DNA of 64,000 nucleotides from Limisphaerales bacterium (GTDB lineage Bacteria; Verrucomicrobiota; Verrucomicrobiia; Limisphaerales; JAYPXF01): NCBI GenBank assembly GCA_047608975.1, contig JBLFYM010000002.1, positions 7,189 to 71,188 of the forward strand, read 5' to 3'. Shown piece by piece: positions 56,172 to 64,000 of this stretch (position 1 is its first letter; each line of letters starts with the position of its first letter). The notes under the pieces were generated by a model. It saw only the letters and a program-made list of their open reading frames with translations, ran no database searches and was not told where the DNA came from. The position numbers and the translations under genes were made by a program.

Positions 56172-58277
56172 TTAAAATTCGAGGATTCGGTATTGCCTCG
56201 CTCCGGAAACGGTGGGAACGCTGGGCGTGCGGGGCAGTCCGATGTCCACCCAACGTGCGGGACCGCCTTCACCCACCATCGGTGGGAAAGATGTCTCCCA
56301 AGTGGTCGTTCCCATTGTCCGATACTGGGCGTAGTAGGTCTTGCCGACCGTACTTGAGTAATCGAGTACCTGCGTATCGTCAAAGAACACACTGTTAAGA
56401 GGGGGGATTTCCGTGCCGCCGGTTGGAATTGTCGGAAATGTGCCCGGATCATCTTGCAGAATGACCAGTGGCGTCGGCCGGGTAATACGGTCGGACACGT
56501 CATATTCGATTCGAACCAGACGCACATCACCAGGTTGAAGGACTGCCGGAACGATGATGACCGGGTTGTTGTTGGCGTTTGTGATGGTTGCGTTCTTGAT
56601 CAGAATTGCATCGCCGCGTGTATCCACCCCAAGGTTTGCAAGTTCAATCGAAGGGAAGGGCCGGGCGATTTGACTTCGGACCGGATAAGAGAAGGCTATC
56701 GTCTCTTCGGTAAAACCGGTACTGAAGCGCACCATTGTCTGGCCCGCTGCCAAGAATACGACCGATCCGCCGATGAATCGGGCACCGAGATTCTGTCCTG
56801 CCGTTCCAAAAACATGGGAAACGGGTGTTTCCTCGACGGGAAGAAATACGAGTGATTGGTTGGTCACCACATTTGCAACGAAGAGGACATCCAACAGTTG
56901 GGAATTCCCCGCGCTCAACTGGCCACTGTTCGCCAATTGCCAATCGATGCCGATCAAGCCGAGGATACCGGTCGGAGTGAGCGTTGCCGTGGCTCCCGTT
57001 ACCCGATTGCTGAGCCCGGTAATGGTCAGCAGGTTCGAATCATAGCTCAGATTGAAGGTGACCCGGTTTTCGCCGCCCTCCGCAGCAATGCTCACGGTGA
57101 CCGGGACTGGGTTGCCAGAATTGAAATTGTCTGTTTGCACATTGGCGACCCGGACGACTCGGGTCGAGAGGCTCAGGGTGGCTGGGTTCGATGCCGCAGC
57201 TCCCTGCGTGTTCGAGGCCTTCATGTTGTAATTTGCGAAGTCACTCGAAGTGATGTTCGCAAGGGTGAGATTAGTGCTGGTTGCGCCCGGAATGTTCACC
57301 CCGTTTTTACACCACTGATAGGTCAGGGGAAGGCGTCCGGTGGCCTGTGATCGAAAGGTCACCATCGCGCCCAACATCACTCCGTGATCGACCGGTTGGA
57401 GGGTGATCACCGGTGCGCCGTTAATCGTCAGGGTCGCGGGTTGGCTCGTGGCGGTTCCACGAGGGTTGGTGGCTTTGGCTGTGTAATTAGCTTCATCCGA
57501 GAACTGGGCATTCGGAATGGTCAACGTTGTGGCGATGGCACCGGGAATATCAACCCCGTTCTTGCACCAACGATAGGAGAGTGGCGCGCTGCCGCTGGCT
57601 GTGACTGTAAATGATACCGTCGTGCCGAGCAGGACAGTTTGACTGGTTGGATTTGTGACGATCAGCGGCGGGGCGTCAACCGTCAGGGCTGCGCCTGTGC
57701 TCAACGTCGTGCCACATGAGTTGTTGGCGACACAGTCGTAATTGCCGGCATTCGCGGTGGAAGCACTCCCCACGCTGTAGGTCCGGTTGGTGGCACCGGC
57801 GATCGGAAAGCCGTTGAGACGCCATTGCAGGGTCGGTGATTCTTTGCCGGTGGCGATCGCTGAGAAAGTGGCGCTTTCTCCAGAACGGACGGAAACGCTC
57901 GTGGGCTGTCCGACGAAAGTTGGCGGGAACAGCACCACGACAAGTCCCTCATCGCTGGTCGTTGTCCCAGTCTGGTCGGTGACCAAGACCCGGTAGTGGC
58001 CCTGTTGAACGGGCTGGATGTTGTTCAGGACCAGCGTCCCGGTCGTTTGGCCTATAAGATTGGTACGATTGACCTGCCATTGATAGCTTACCGCGCCAAT
58101 GCCGACGGCACCGACGTTCAATACCACATTGGTTCCCGCACAGATGATGTGCATGGCCGGTTGAACGGTGATTTGCGGTGCGGCAGAGCTGTTGAAGACC
58201 GTCCCCAGCAATATCCCGAAGCCAACCACGCCGGAAAGTAAACTGGGGTTGGCGACATGGGTCGATTTGGTTCGCAT
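56172..58277 (-). CDS. Secreted surface protein: 4 Ig-like repeats + cohesin-like domain + C-terminal module
   Basis: Repeats P.I/F..QP....G....F...A.G..PL.YQW.KNG..I.GAT...L.I.......Y; VPVTVSI..GEN.VTFNLSYD; probable start MRTKS at 58277. Confidence 0.8.
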   Translation of the reverse strand: MRTKSTHVANPSLLSGVVGFGILLGTVFNSSAAPQITVQPAMHIICAGTNVVLNVGAVGIGAVSYQWQVNRTNLIGQTTGTLVLNNIQPVQQGHYRVLVTDQTGTTTSDEGLVVVLFPPTFVGQPTSVSVRSGESATFSAIATGKESPTLQWRLNGFPIAGATNRTYSVGSASTANAGNYDCVANNSCGTTLSTGAALTVDAPPLIVTNPTSQTVLLGTTVSFTVTASGSAPLSYRWCKNGVDIPGAIATTLTIPNAQFSDEANYTAKATNPRGTATSQPATLTINGAPVITLQPVDHGVMLGAMVTFRSQATGRLPLTYQWCKNGVNIPGATSTNLTLANITSSDFANYNMKASNTQGAAASNPATLSLSTRVVRVANVQTDNFNSGNPVPVTVSIAAEGGENRVTFNLSYDSNLLTITGLSNRVTGATATLTPTGILGLIGIDWQLANSGQLSAGNSQLLDVLFVANVVTNQSLVFLPVEETPVSHVFGTAGQNLGARFIGGSVVFLAAGQTMVRFSTGFTEETIAFSYPVRSQIARPFPSIELANLGVDTRGDAILIKNATITNANNNPVIIVPAVLQPGDVRLVRIEYDVSDRITRPTPLVILQDDPGTFPTIPTGGTEIPPLNSVFFDDTQVLDYSSTVGKTYYAQYRTMGTTTWETSFPPMVGEGGPARWVDIGLPRTPSVPTVSGARQYRILEF

Positions 58278-58455
58278 AATAGGGAAACTAGTACCAAAGC
58301 ACGTTGCCACAGGCCCCAGATGCTTTTAAAGATAAATCATTTTCGTATCAGTACGGATTCAGGAAGCTGAAAGTGAGCGAAACGATCGATTTATTTGGGC
58401 TGCACACTGCGGTTTTTACGCGCAAATGCCGTGATTGTATGAATTATTAGGCTTC

Positions 58456-59280
58456 ATGATTTCCCGGCGTAATTTTCTCGAAGCGGCCTTGGTTGGCATG
58501 ACGGTTCCCGTGCTGGCCGCCGATGCCAGAAGGATTCGCATCGCCGTCAAATACACGATGATTCAGGAACCGCTGGACGTGGTCGATAAATTCAAACTGC
58601 TTCGGGATCTGGGCTTTGACGGGGTGGAGGTCTATGCGCGCGACCGGAAACAACAGGATACCTATCTCGAAGCACGCGAAATTTCAGGCCTGCCAGTCCA
58701 TGGCGCGATCAACGCCTCCAGCCCAGATATTGCGGGCGGCATTGAGATGGCGGCCGCGCTCGGCGGAGATTCACTCCTCGTCTTGGCACAGGAAAACTCC
58801 CAGCTTTCATATGAAGCGAATTCGGAGCGCTGGCGCAAGCTGATCACTCCGGCGATTCCGCTGGCGGAGAAACATCGTGTCAGAATTCTGATCGAGAACG
58901 TGCGCGCGACCCACCTCAAGACCGCAGAAGGAATGAACCGGTTTATCGATTCATTTGCGAATCCGATTGTAGGATCCTATTACGACACGGGAAATGCCAT
59001 CACGTGGACGAAGCAGTCCGCTGAGCATTGGGCTCGGGTCCTGGACGAGCGGATTGGAAAGATTGACGTCAAAGATCGGGGGCATGCGGAGTTTGGAGAT
59101 GCAAAGCTAAAATCCAAAACAGCCAAGGGGACCGACGGCGGAGAGGTGAACTGGGTTGAGGTTCGTCGCCATCTGAGAACGATCGACTATCGCGGCTGGG
59201 CGACCGCCGAAGTGAAAGGTGGCGACCGGAAGCGCCTGGCGCGGATGGCCCGCTGGATGGATCAGGTCCTGGGGAACTGA
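58456..59280 (+). CDS. Tat-exported sugar phosphate isomerase/epimerase (TIM barrel)
   Basis: SRRNFL Tat motif, GFDGVE, LIENV, YYDTGN, VKD, GWATAEV. Confidence 0.82.
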   Translation: MISRRNFLEAALVGMTVPVLAADARRIRIAVKYTMIQEPLDVVDKFKLLRDLGFDGVEVYARDRKQQDTYLEAREISGLPVHGAINASSPDIAGGIEMAAALGGDSLLVLAQENSQLSYEANSERWRKLITPAIPLAEKHRVRILIENVRATHLKTAEGMNRFIDSFANPIVGSYYDTGNAITWTKQSAEHWARVLDERIGKIDVKDRGHAEFGDAKLKSKTAKGTDGGEVNWVEVRRHLRTIDYRGWATAEVKGGDRKRLARMARWMDQVLGN

Positions 59281-59379
59281 CTGAGGATCAGTTTCGAGAA
59301 TCCGCCAAACTCGGAGTCATCATCTTGGGGTCATGTTGCCCGGGGCACTGTTTCGTTGGATCAAGCACCAGTCCCTGCC

Positions 59380-59562
59380 ATGAAACTAAAACTCGATAAC
59401 TTCCTCCTATCCGGCCTCCTAATCGCATTTTTTGCATTAAGCGCGTTCACCATTGTCTCCGACATTCGGGAACATGCTGTGGAAACACCGGCTAAATCCC
59501 TTGGGCTTGAGTGGGTTGGCTGCGAATCCTCGGGGAATTGCCGGGACGTCAGTTCAAGTTGA
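59380..59562 (+). CDS. Small hypothetical membrane protein
   Basis: MKLKLDNFLLSGLLIAFFALSAFTIV TM segment; 60 aa. Confidence 0.4.
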   Translation: MKLKLDNFLLSGLLIAFFALSAFTIVSDIREHAVETPAKSLGLEWVGCESSGNCRDVSSS

Positions 59563-59720
59563 TAGCGTCTTGCTGGTGAGAGTGCTCTGGGCGCGCTCAC
59601 GAATATATTGAGAAACGGGCCACCCTGTTCATCAGTCGGGCTCGTAGTCATTATCTCAGGATGGATCCCAGTCGATTGCTGGAGTTTCTAAGAACCGCGC
59701 GGTCTCCGCGTCGTAGTTGA

Positions 59721-59997
59721 ATGAACCTATCTCCAATCTTTACCGTCGCTGTCCTCTTGGCTGGCCCATCCATGGCGGTATGTGCAGAGCCGGGAAAGAT
59801 TCCGGCTGGAGTGGGAATCGGGCTGTTTGCGGATCCAGACTCGTTTTTCTTGGGGGGAGAACACTCTGTTGCACTACGCCATCACCAACACTGGCACGGA
59901 ACCGTTCCGCGTGGATGTCGGCGGGGACTATCGTGGTGGGACGCGACCTTCGAAATCCAATCGCACCCGCCCGCTTGGATCCGCCGCCGCAGATTGA
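59721..59997 (+). pseudogene. Frameshifted, truncated N-terminal fragment of a secreted protein
   Basis: Signal peptide frame ...DSFFLG joins the frame ENTLLHYAITNTGTEPFRVDVGGDYRGG if one G is removed from the G6 run at 59852-59857. Confidence 0.5.
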
Positions 59998-60173
59998 AGC
60001 TTGAAATTTGAGGCTTGGCGTTTTCGCAATTCCGCCCGCTCGGCGGTGAATCCCCCATCGCCACCCCCACTTTTAATCAGACCCGAGAGACGGGGGCTTC
60101 GAAAATTCAGACAGACAGTTTTGGCCATCTGCGGTTCAATTCGCGCCGGTATGGCTTTCGCTTCAGATCTCAT

Positions 60174-61943
60174 ATGAAATTCATTTCGATCACAGCCGAG
60201 TTCCTGGTCATCGGGCTGACAATCTTGTTTGCGGGTTGTTATGTGGGTGGTAAGGACAGTTTCATCATCATCAATATCTCTGACCAACTGGATGGGGAGC
60301 AACTCGTCGGCGTGGGATTCCTATTTTTGGCAGCGCTTCCGTTCATGCTGTCAGTTGCCTTTCTTCTTGGATTCGCGATGCATTTGGCGGCCGAGCGTGT
60401 GTTTCGATCCATGCGACAAGGCATCGAGAGCGATTGCTTGGAGGGACGTGGTGATCTCAAGCTGCGTCTGGACGACATTCGACATGAACTCTATTTGCGG
60501 GGCGGGGCCGAAGTCTGCCGACGGCTCGAGGCGGAATCGGCATATGTGCGTATTGCAGGTGCGCTCGCTGTCGGAGGGGGAGGGTTGTTCCTGCTGGCGA
60601 TTGCAATGGGAAAACCGGTTGATGTGGCCGTGTTTGGTGCTCTCGTGATTGCGTGTGTCTTTGCAATTCGACGTCATGTGACGGGCGGCGCTGACACTGC
60701 GATCCGCTCGTGGTCGGCGATCCAGAGGAATACGCCAAAAGTTCATGACCGACCCGCATCAGATTCCGCTTCGTTGGTGCGACTGGAGGACGGGGTCTCT
60801 GTGCGGTTGCTGATTTTTGCCGGTGGGACCGGATTCAGAAACTGTAATATCGCGCTTGCCCGGCGAGGTCATCGCGTGACCCGCGTGGTTCCACCGTGGG
60901 ACAGTGGCGGAAGTTCGCGCACGCTTCGAAATGAATTTGGCGTCATGTCCATTGGAGATTTACGCCACGCGCTGATGACGATGGCGCACGGGGAGCGGAT
61001 CTCCAACGAGGTGATTCGACTCTTCAACTGGCGTTTGTCGGAGGATGGCGAGCAAGAGCAGTTGCTGATGGAAATGGATTCGTTCCTGAAGCAGCAGCAT
61101 CCGTTGATCGCAAACGTGCCGACCGATCTGCGGAATGTGATTCTGAAGTACCTGGAGACATTCTGGAGTCAGCGTCCGGAGTCTCTTGATCTGTACAACG
61201 GCAGCATTGGGAATCTGGTCATGCTCGGTGCGTATCTGGCCCATGGCAATGACATGAACACGGCGATCTATGTGTTTCGTCAGCTGTGCGGCATCAAAGG
61301 ACACGTGTGGCCGATCTCATTGGAGAACGATCTCCACATTTCTGCGCGATTGGAGAATGGAGAGGTTGTGGTGCGCGAAGAGAATGTCACGGCGATCAGG
61401 CGACCTGAGATCAGTTCACGGATTGATCGGACTTTTCTTATGCGGGAGGCCTGCGAAGTTGATGGTGGCAATCTGTCGGTTGCCTCGAATCCGCTGGTCA
61501 TCAACGCATTCGGCAACGTGGATGCCATTGTTTTCGGACCGGGAAGTTTTTTCTCCAGCGTGGTTCCGCACCTGATGGTTTCGGGGGTGGTGGATAAATT
61601 GGCCAAGAGTTCCGCCCCCAAGATATTTGTGGGAAACATGTTGGAGGGAAATGAGTGCTTCGGCTGGTCGGTGGCTGAGTTGGTCGAGAAGTTCCTTCAG
61701 ACCTGTCACGATTTTGCGGCTGTGAAACGCGACTCCAAGCAGTATCTCACCCACGTCATCGCCCACGATACTTCCACCCATCGCCGAACCGTCCGGGATG
61801 ATCGCTACCTCGCGATTGGTGATCTGGCTCGGCTCCGACCGGACGGAATCAAAGTCACCATCAAGGACTTGGAAGACCCTTGGAAACGCGGGTTCCACGA
61901 CGCGAACGTGCTCGCCCAACTCATCATCGACGAGGGTCGTTGA
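60174..61943 (+). CDS. Membrane domain fused to a YvcK/CofD-like (UPF0052) domain
   Basis: N-terminal TM helices; FAGGTG, PWDSGGSS, IGDLRH, SIGNL, FGPGSFFSSV, K.FVGN; probable start MKFIS at 60174. Confidence 0.78.
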   Translation: MKFISITAEFLVIGLTILFAGCYVGGKDSFIIINISDQLDGEQLVGVGFLFLAALPFMLSVAFLLGFAMHLAAERVFRSMRQGIESDCLEGRGDLKLRLDDIRHELYLRGGAEVCRRLEAESAYVRIAGALAVGGGGLFLLAIAMGKPVDVAVFGALVIACVFAIRRHVTGGADTAIRSWSAIQRNTPKVHDRPASDSASLVRLEDGVSVRLLIFAGGTGFRNCNIALARRGHRVTRVVPPWDSGGSSRTLRNEFGVMSIGDLRHALMTMAHGERISNEVIRLFNWRLSEDGEQEQLLMEMDSFLKQQHPLIANVPTDLRNVILKYLETFWSQRPESLDLYNGSIGNLVMLGAYLAHGNDMNTAIYVFRQLCGIKGHVWPISLENDLHISARLENGEVVVREENVTAIRRPEISSRIDRTFLMREACEVDGGNLSVASNPLVINAFGNVDAIVFGPGSFFSSVVPHLMVSGVVDKLAKSSAPKIFVGNMLEGNECFGWSVAELVEKFLQTCHDFAAVKRDSKQYLTHVIAHDTSTHRRTVRDDRYLAIGDLARLRPDGIKVTIKDLEDPWKRGFHDANVLAQLIIDEGR

Positions 61944-63359
61944 TCAGGGAGTCGGGGGAACTGGCATCGGAAAGACGATTGCCAGAATAACGGTCATGAT
62001 AAACATCGTGGAACCGAGCACGATGAGGAGCGGCGTCCAGGTCTTCAGCGCATCCACTTCGTTGATGCCACTCATCTTGGAGAAGATCCAGAAACCGCTG
62101 TCGTTCATCCAGGATCCGATGAGGCCGCCGCCGCCGATTGCGGTGGCGAGGTAGACCGGATTGAAGGGCAGTTGGGTATTGCCCAGCATGGCGGCGACCA
62201 TGGCAGAGGTGGTGATCATCGCCACGGTGGTCGATCCCTGCGCGAACTTCAGCAGCGCGGAAACGAAGAATACGAAGGGCAGAAGCATCAGTCCCTTTCC
62301 TCCGGAGTCACCGCCGCTGAACATGGTTTCAATGGCCGGCCCAACCTCGGCCACCTTCAACATCGCGCCGAATGCTCCCCCGGCGGCGGTGATGAGAATA
62401 ATGACACCGGCGCTCATCAATCCGTCCTCCAGCAGTGCACCAAACTTCTCGCGAGACGGTTGGCATTGTCGAAGATACAGGATGATTGCAACGGCCGCGG
62501 AGACCATCAGTGCAAAGTTCGCGTTGCCGATGGTGCCGACCAGGGGCAGCAGATCTGCAGCCCCTTCACTCGTCTTCGCAATCCGGGTGGTGACCGTGTT
62601 GATGGAGATCAGGACGACCGGCAAAAAGATCGGCAGGAGCGAGGCGAACAATGAGGGCATGGACCTCTGCTCGGCAGGCGCGGCAACCGGGGTGTCTGCA
62701 AAAGACATCTCGGGTTTGATCTTGGCGTTCCGATCCATCCATCCCGCGACGAGCAGACCGGCGGCGGTGGCCGGGAGGCCTACGATCAGACCGACCACCA
62801 TCATCGTTCCGATATCGACACCCAGATTGTCAGCTACGAGCAGCGGCCCAGGGGTTGGCGGCACGACCGTGTGCGTCACTGCCGCGCCAGCTGAAATCGC
62901 CAATACATACTTCACGTAGTTTTTTCCCGTGGATCGGAAGAGCGAACGCGCGAGGGGGACCAACAGGTAAAACACCGTGTCGAAGAAGACCGGAATGGAA
63001 AGGACGAAACCGCTGCCTGCGAGGGCGATCCCGCTGCGCTTTTCACCGAGCGCATTGAGGAACGAACGGACGATGCGATCGGCCGCGCCGCTTTCCATCA
63101 TGCACTTGCCAATGATTGCCGCCATGGCAATCACGATGCCAATGGCGCCCGCGGTTTTTCCAAATGCCTCGGCCACCCGCATCACGCGATACCCGGGTTT
63201 TAGTTCTGCCAGCACCTCCGGCGGTGGTGCAGCACAGAGCATACTCACCGCCGTGGCGGCCAGGATCAGCGCAACGAAGGCATTCACTTTGAACCGAACA
63301 ATGAGTCCGACGACGAGCAGGATGCCAATTGCCAGAAGGGCCAGCGGGTGGAGATGCAT
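61944..63359 (-). CDS. GntP family gluconate:H+ symporter
   Basis: IPVFFDTVF, H..VPPTPGP, ITAAGGAFG, AQGSTTVAM, SWMNDSGFW; probable start MHLHP at 63359. Confidence 0.92.
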   Translation of the reverse strand: MHLHPLALLAIGILLVVGLIVRFKVNAFVALILAATAVSMLCAAPPPEVLAELKPGYRVMRVAEAFGKTAGAIGIVIAMAAIIGKCMMESGAADRIVRSFLNALGEKRSGIALAGSGFVLSIPVFFDTVFYLLVPLARSLFRSTGKNYVKYVLAISAGAAVTHTVVPPTPGPLLVADNLGVDIGTMMVVGLIVGLPATAAGLLVAGWMDRNAKIKPEMSFADTPVAAPAEQRSMPSLFASLLPIFLPVVLISINTVTTRIAKTSEGAADLLPLVGTIGNANFALMVSAAVAIILYLRQCQPSREKFGALLEDGLMSAGVIILITAAGGAFGAMLKVAEVGPAIETMFSGGDSGGKGLMLLPFVFFVSALLKFAQGSTTVAMITTSAMVAAMLGNTQLPFNPVYLATAIGGGGLIGSWMNDSGFWIFSKMSGINEVDALKTWTPLLIVLGSTMFIMTVILAIVFPMPVPPTP

Positions 63360-63485
63360 TGAGGGAAGATAGAACTCGCAGAACCCATCGCGGTCAATCA
63401 CGCAAGGCATGGGTGCCGATGTAGCCGCGCGCGTGTCAGACTTTGGCTCGACCTGATTGCCATGGTCGCTTTAATGATCTAGCAC

Positions 63486-64000
63486 ATGCCCAAACGTTCC
63501 TCATGGCTCAATCAGGCCCGACTGTTCATCGGATGCGGGTTTGCGCTTGCCGCCAGCGTTTCGAATGCGGAGGTGGATTTCTCACGGGAGATTCTGCCGT
63601 TGCTGTCGGACAAGTGTTTCCAATGTCATGGTCCCGATCCCAAGGCCCGCAAGGGCGATCTCCGTCTGGATAACGAGGAGAACGTGAAAAAGGATCGCGA
63701 GGGATACGCAGTGGTTGCGCCGGGCGCGAGTGCCAAAAGTGAACTGATCAGGCGGTTGCTCTCGACCGATCCAGATGAGCTGATGCCACCGCCCGAGCTG
63801 GGACGTTCCCTATCCAAGTCAGAAGTGGCGCGGATCAAACAGTGGATTGATGAAGGCGCTGGCTGGGGACTGCATTGGTCATTGACGAAGGTGACTCGCC
63901 CGATCGTTCCGACTGTTGCCGCCAACCCCGTCGATGCGTTCCTGAATCCCCGCCTGAAGGGGGAAGGCTTGAAGGCCCAACCGAGGGCCGGAAAAGCGAC
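63486..64000 (+). CDS. PSCyt1 (planctomycete cytochrome c)/DUF1549-type protein, 3'-truncated by the window edge
   Basis: Own translation from ATG 63486: signal peptide, VDFSREILPLLSDKCFQCHGPD..RKGDLRLD, SELIRR, MPP, WIDEGA..HW, NPVDAF. Confidence 0.85.
   Translation, partial: MPKRSSWLNQARLFIGCGFALAASVSNAEVDFSREILPLLSDKCFQCHGPDPKARKGDLRLDNEENVKKDREGYAVVAPGASAKSELIRRLLSTDPDELMPPPELGRSLSKSEVARIKQWIDEGAGWGLHWSLTKVTRPIVPTVAANPVDAFLNPRLKGEGLKAQPRAGKA

Noticed and set aside
1-64000. CRISPR array or cas genes
   Set aside because: No regularly spaced repeat-spacer series and no Cas motifs were found. The HD protein lacks a helicase partner.

Overview
Bacterial genomic DNA with a PVC-superphylum, probably Verrucomicrobia-like, gene inventory: PSD/PSCyt cytochrome proteins, a PVC-type CxxCH dehydrogenase, six sulfatase-fold genes, futalosine-pathway mqnD and a PUR-domain protein. 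Most of the window is carbohydrate/sulfate catabolism and housekeeping (mqnD, cysteine desulfurase, rsfS, nadD, cstA, SulP, GntP, tRNA-Leu(GAG)). The main feature is a complete ~13-kb lasso-peptide gene cluster at about 15.5-28.5 kb. It encodes a 46-aa precursor (predicted core MNATAGGDGGAANTSAS, Met1-Asp8 ring, C-terminal Ser), a cyclase, a split B1 (RRE) and B2 (protease), and an ABC exporter. It also carries a large tailoring set: an HPr-like kinase, a nucleotidyltransferase, a PAPS sulfotransferase with an APS kinase, an SGNH protein, and a membrane-protein pair resembling the linaridin LinL/LinG(HTTM) epimerase/dehydratase module. Other items of interest are a pseudo-sulfatase, a secreted vanadium haloperoxidase, a decayed MbnP-MbnH fusion, a secreted triple-RidA protein, a membrane-fused YvcK/CofD-like protein and several small palindrome/heptamer repeat families. 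No CRISPR array, integrase, transposase or rRNA was seen. All family calls come from motif recognition by eye, not from database searches.
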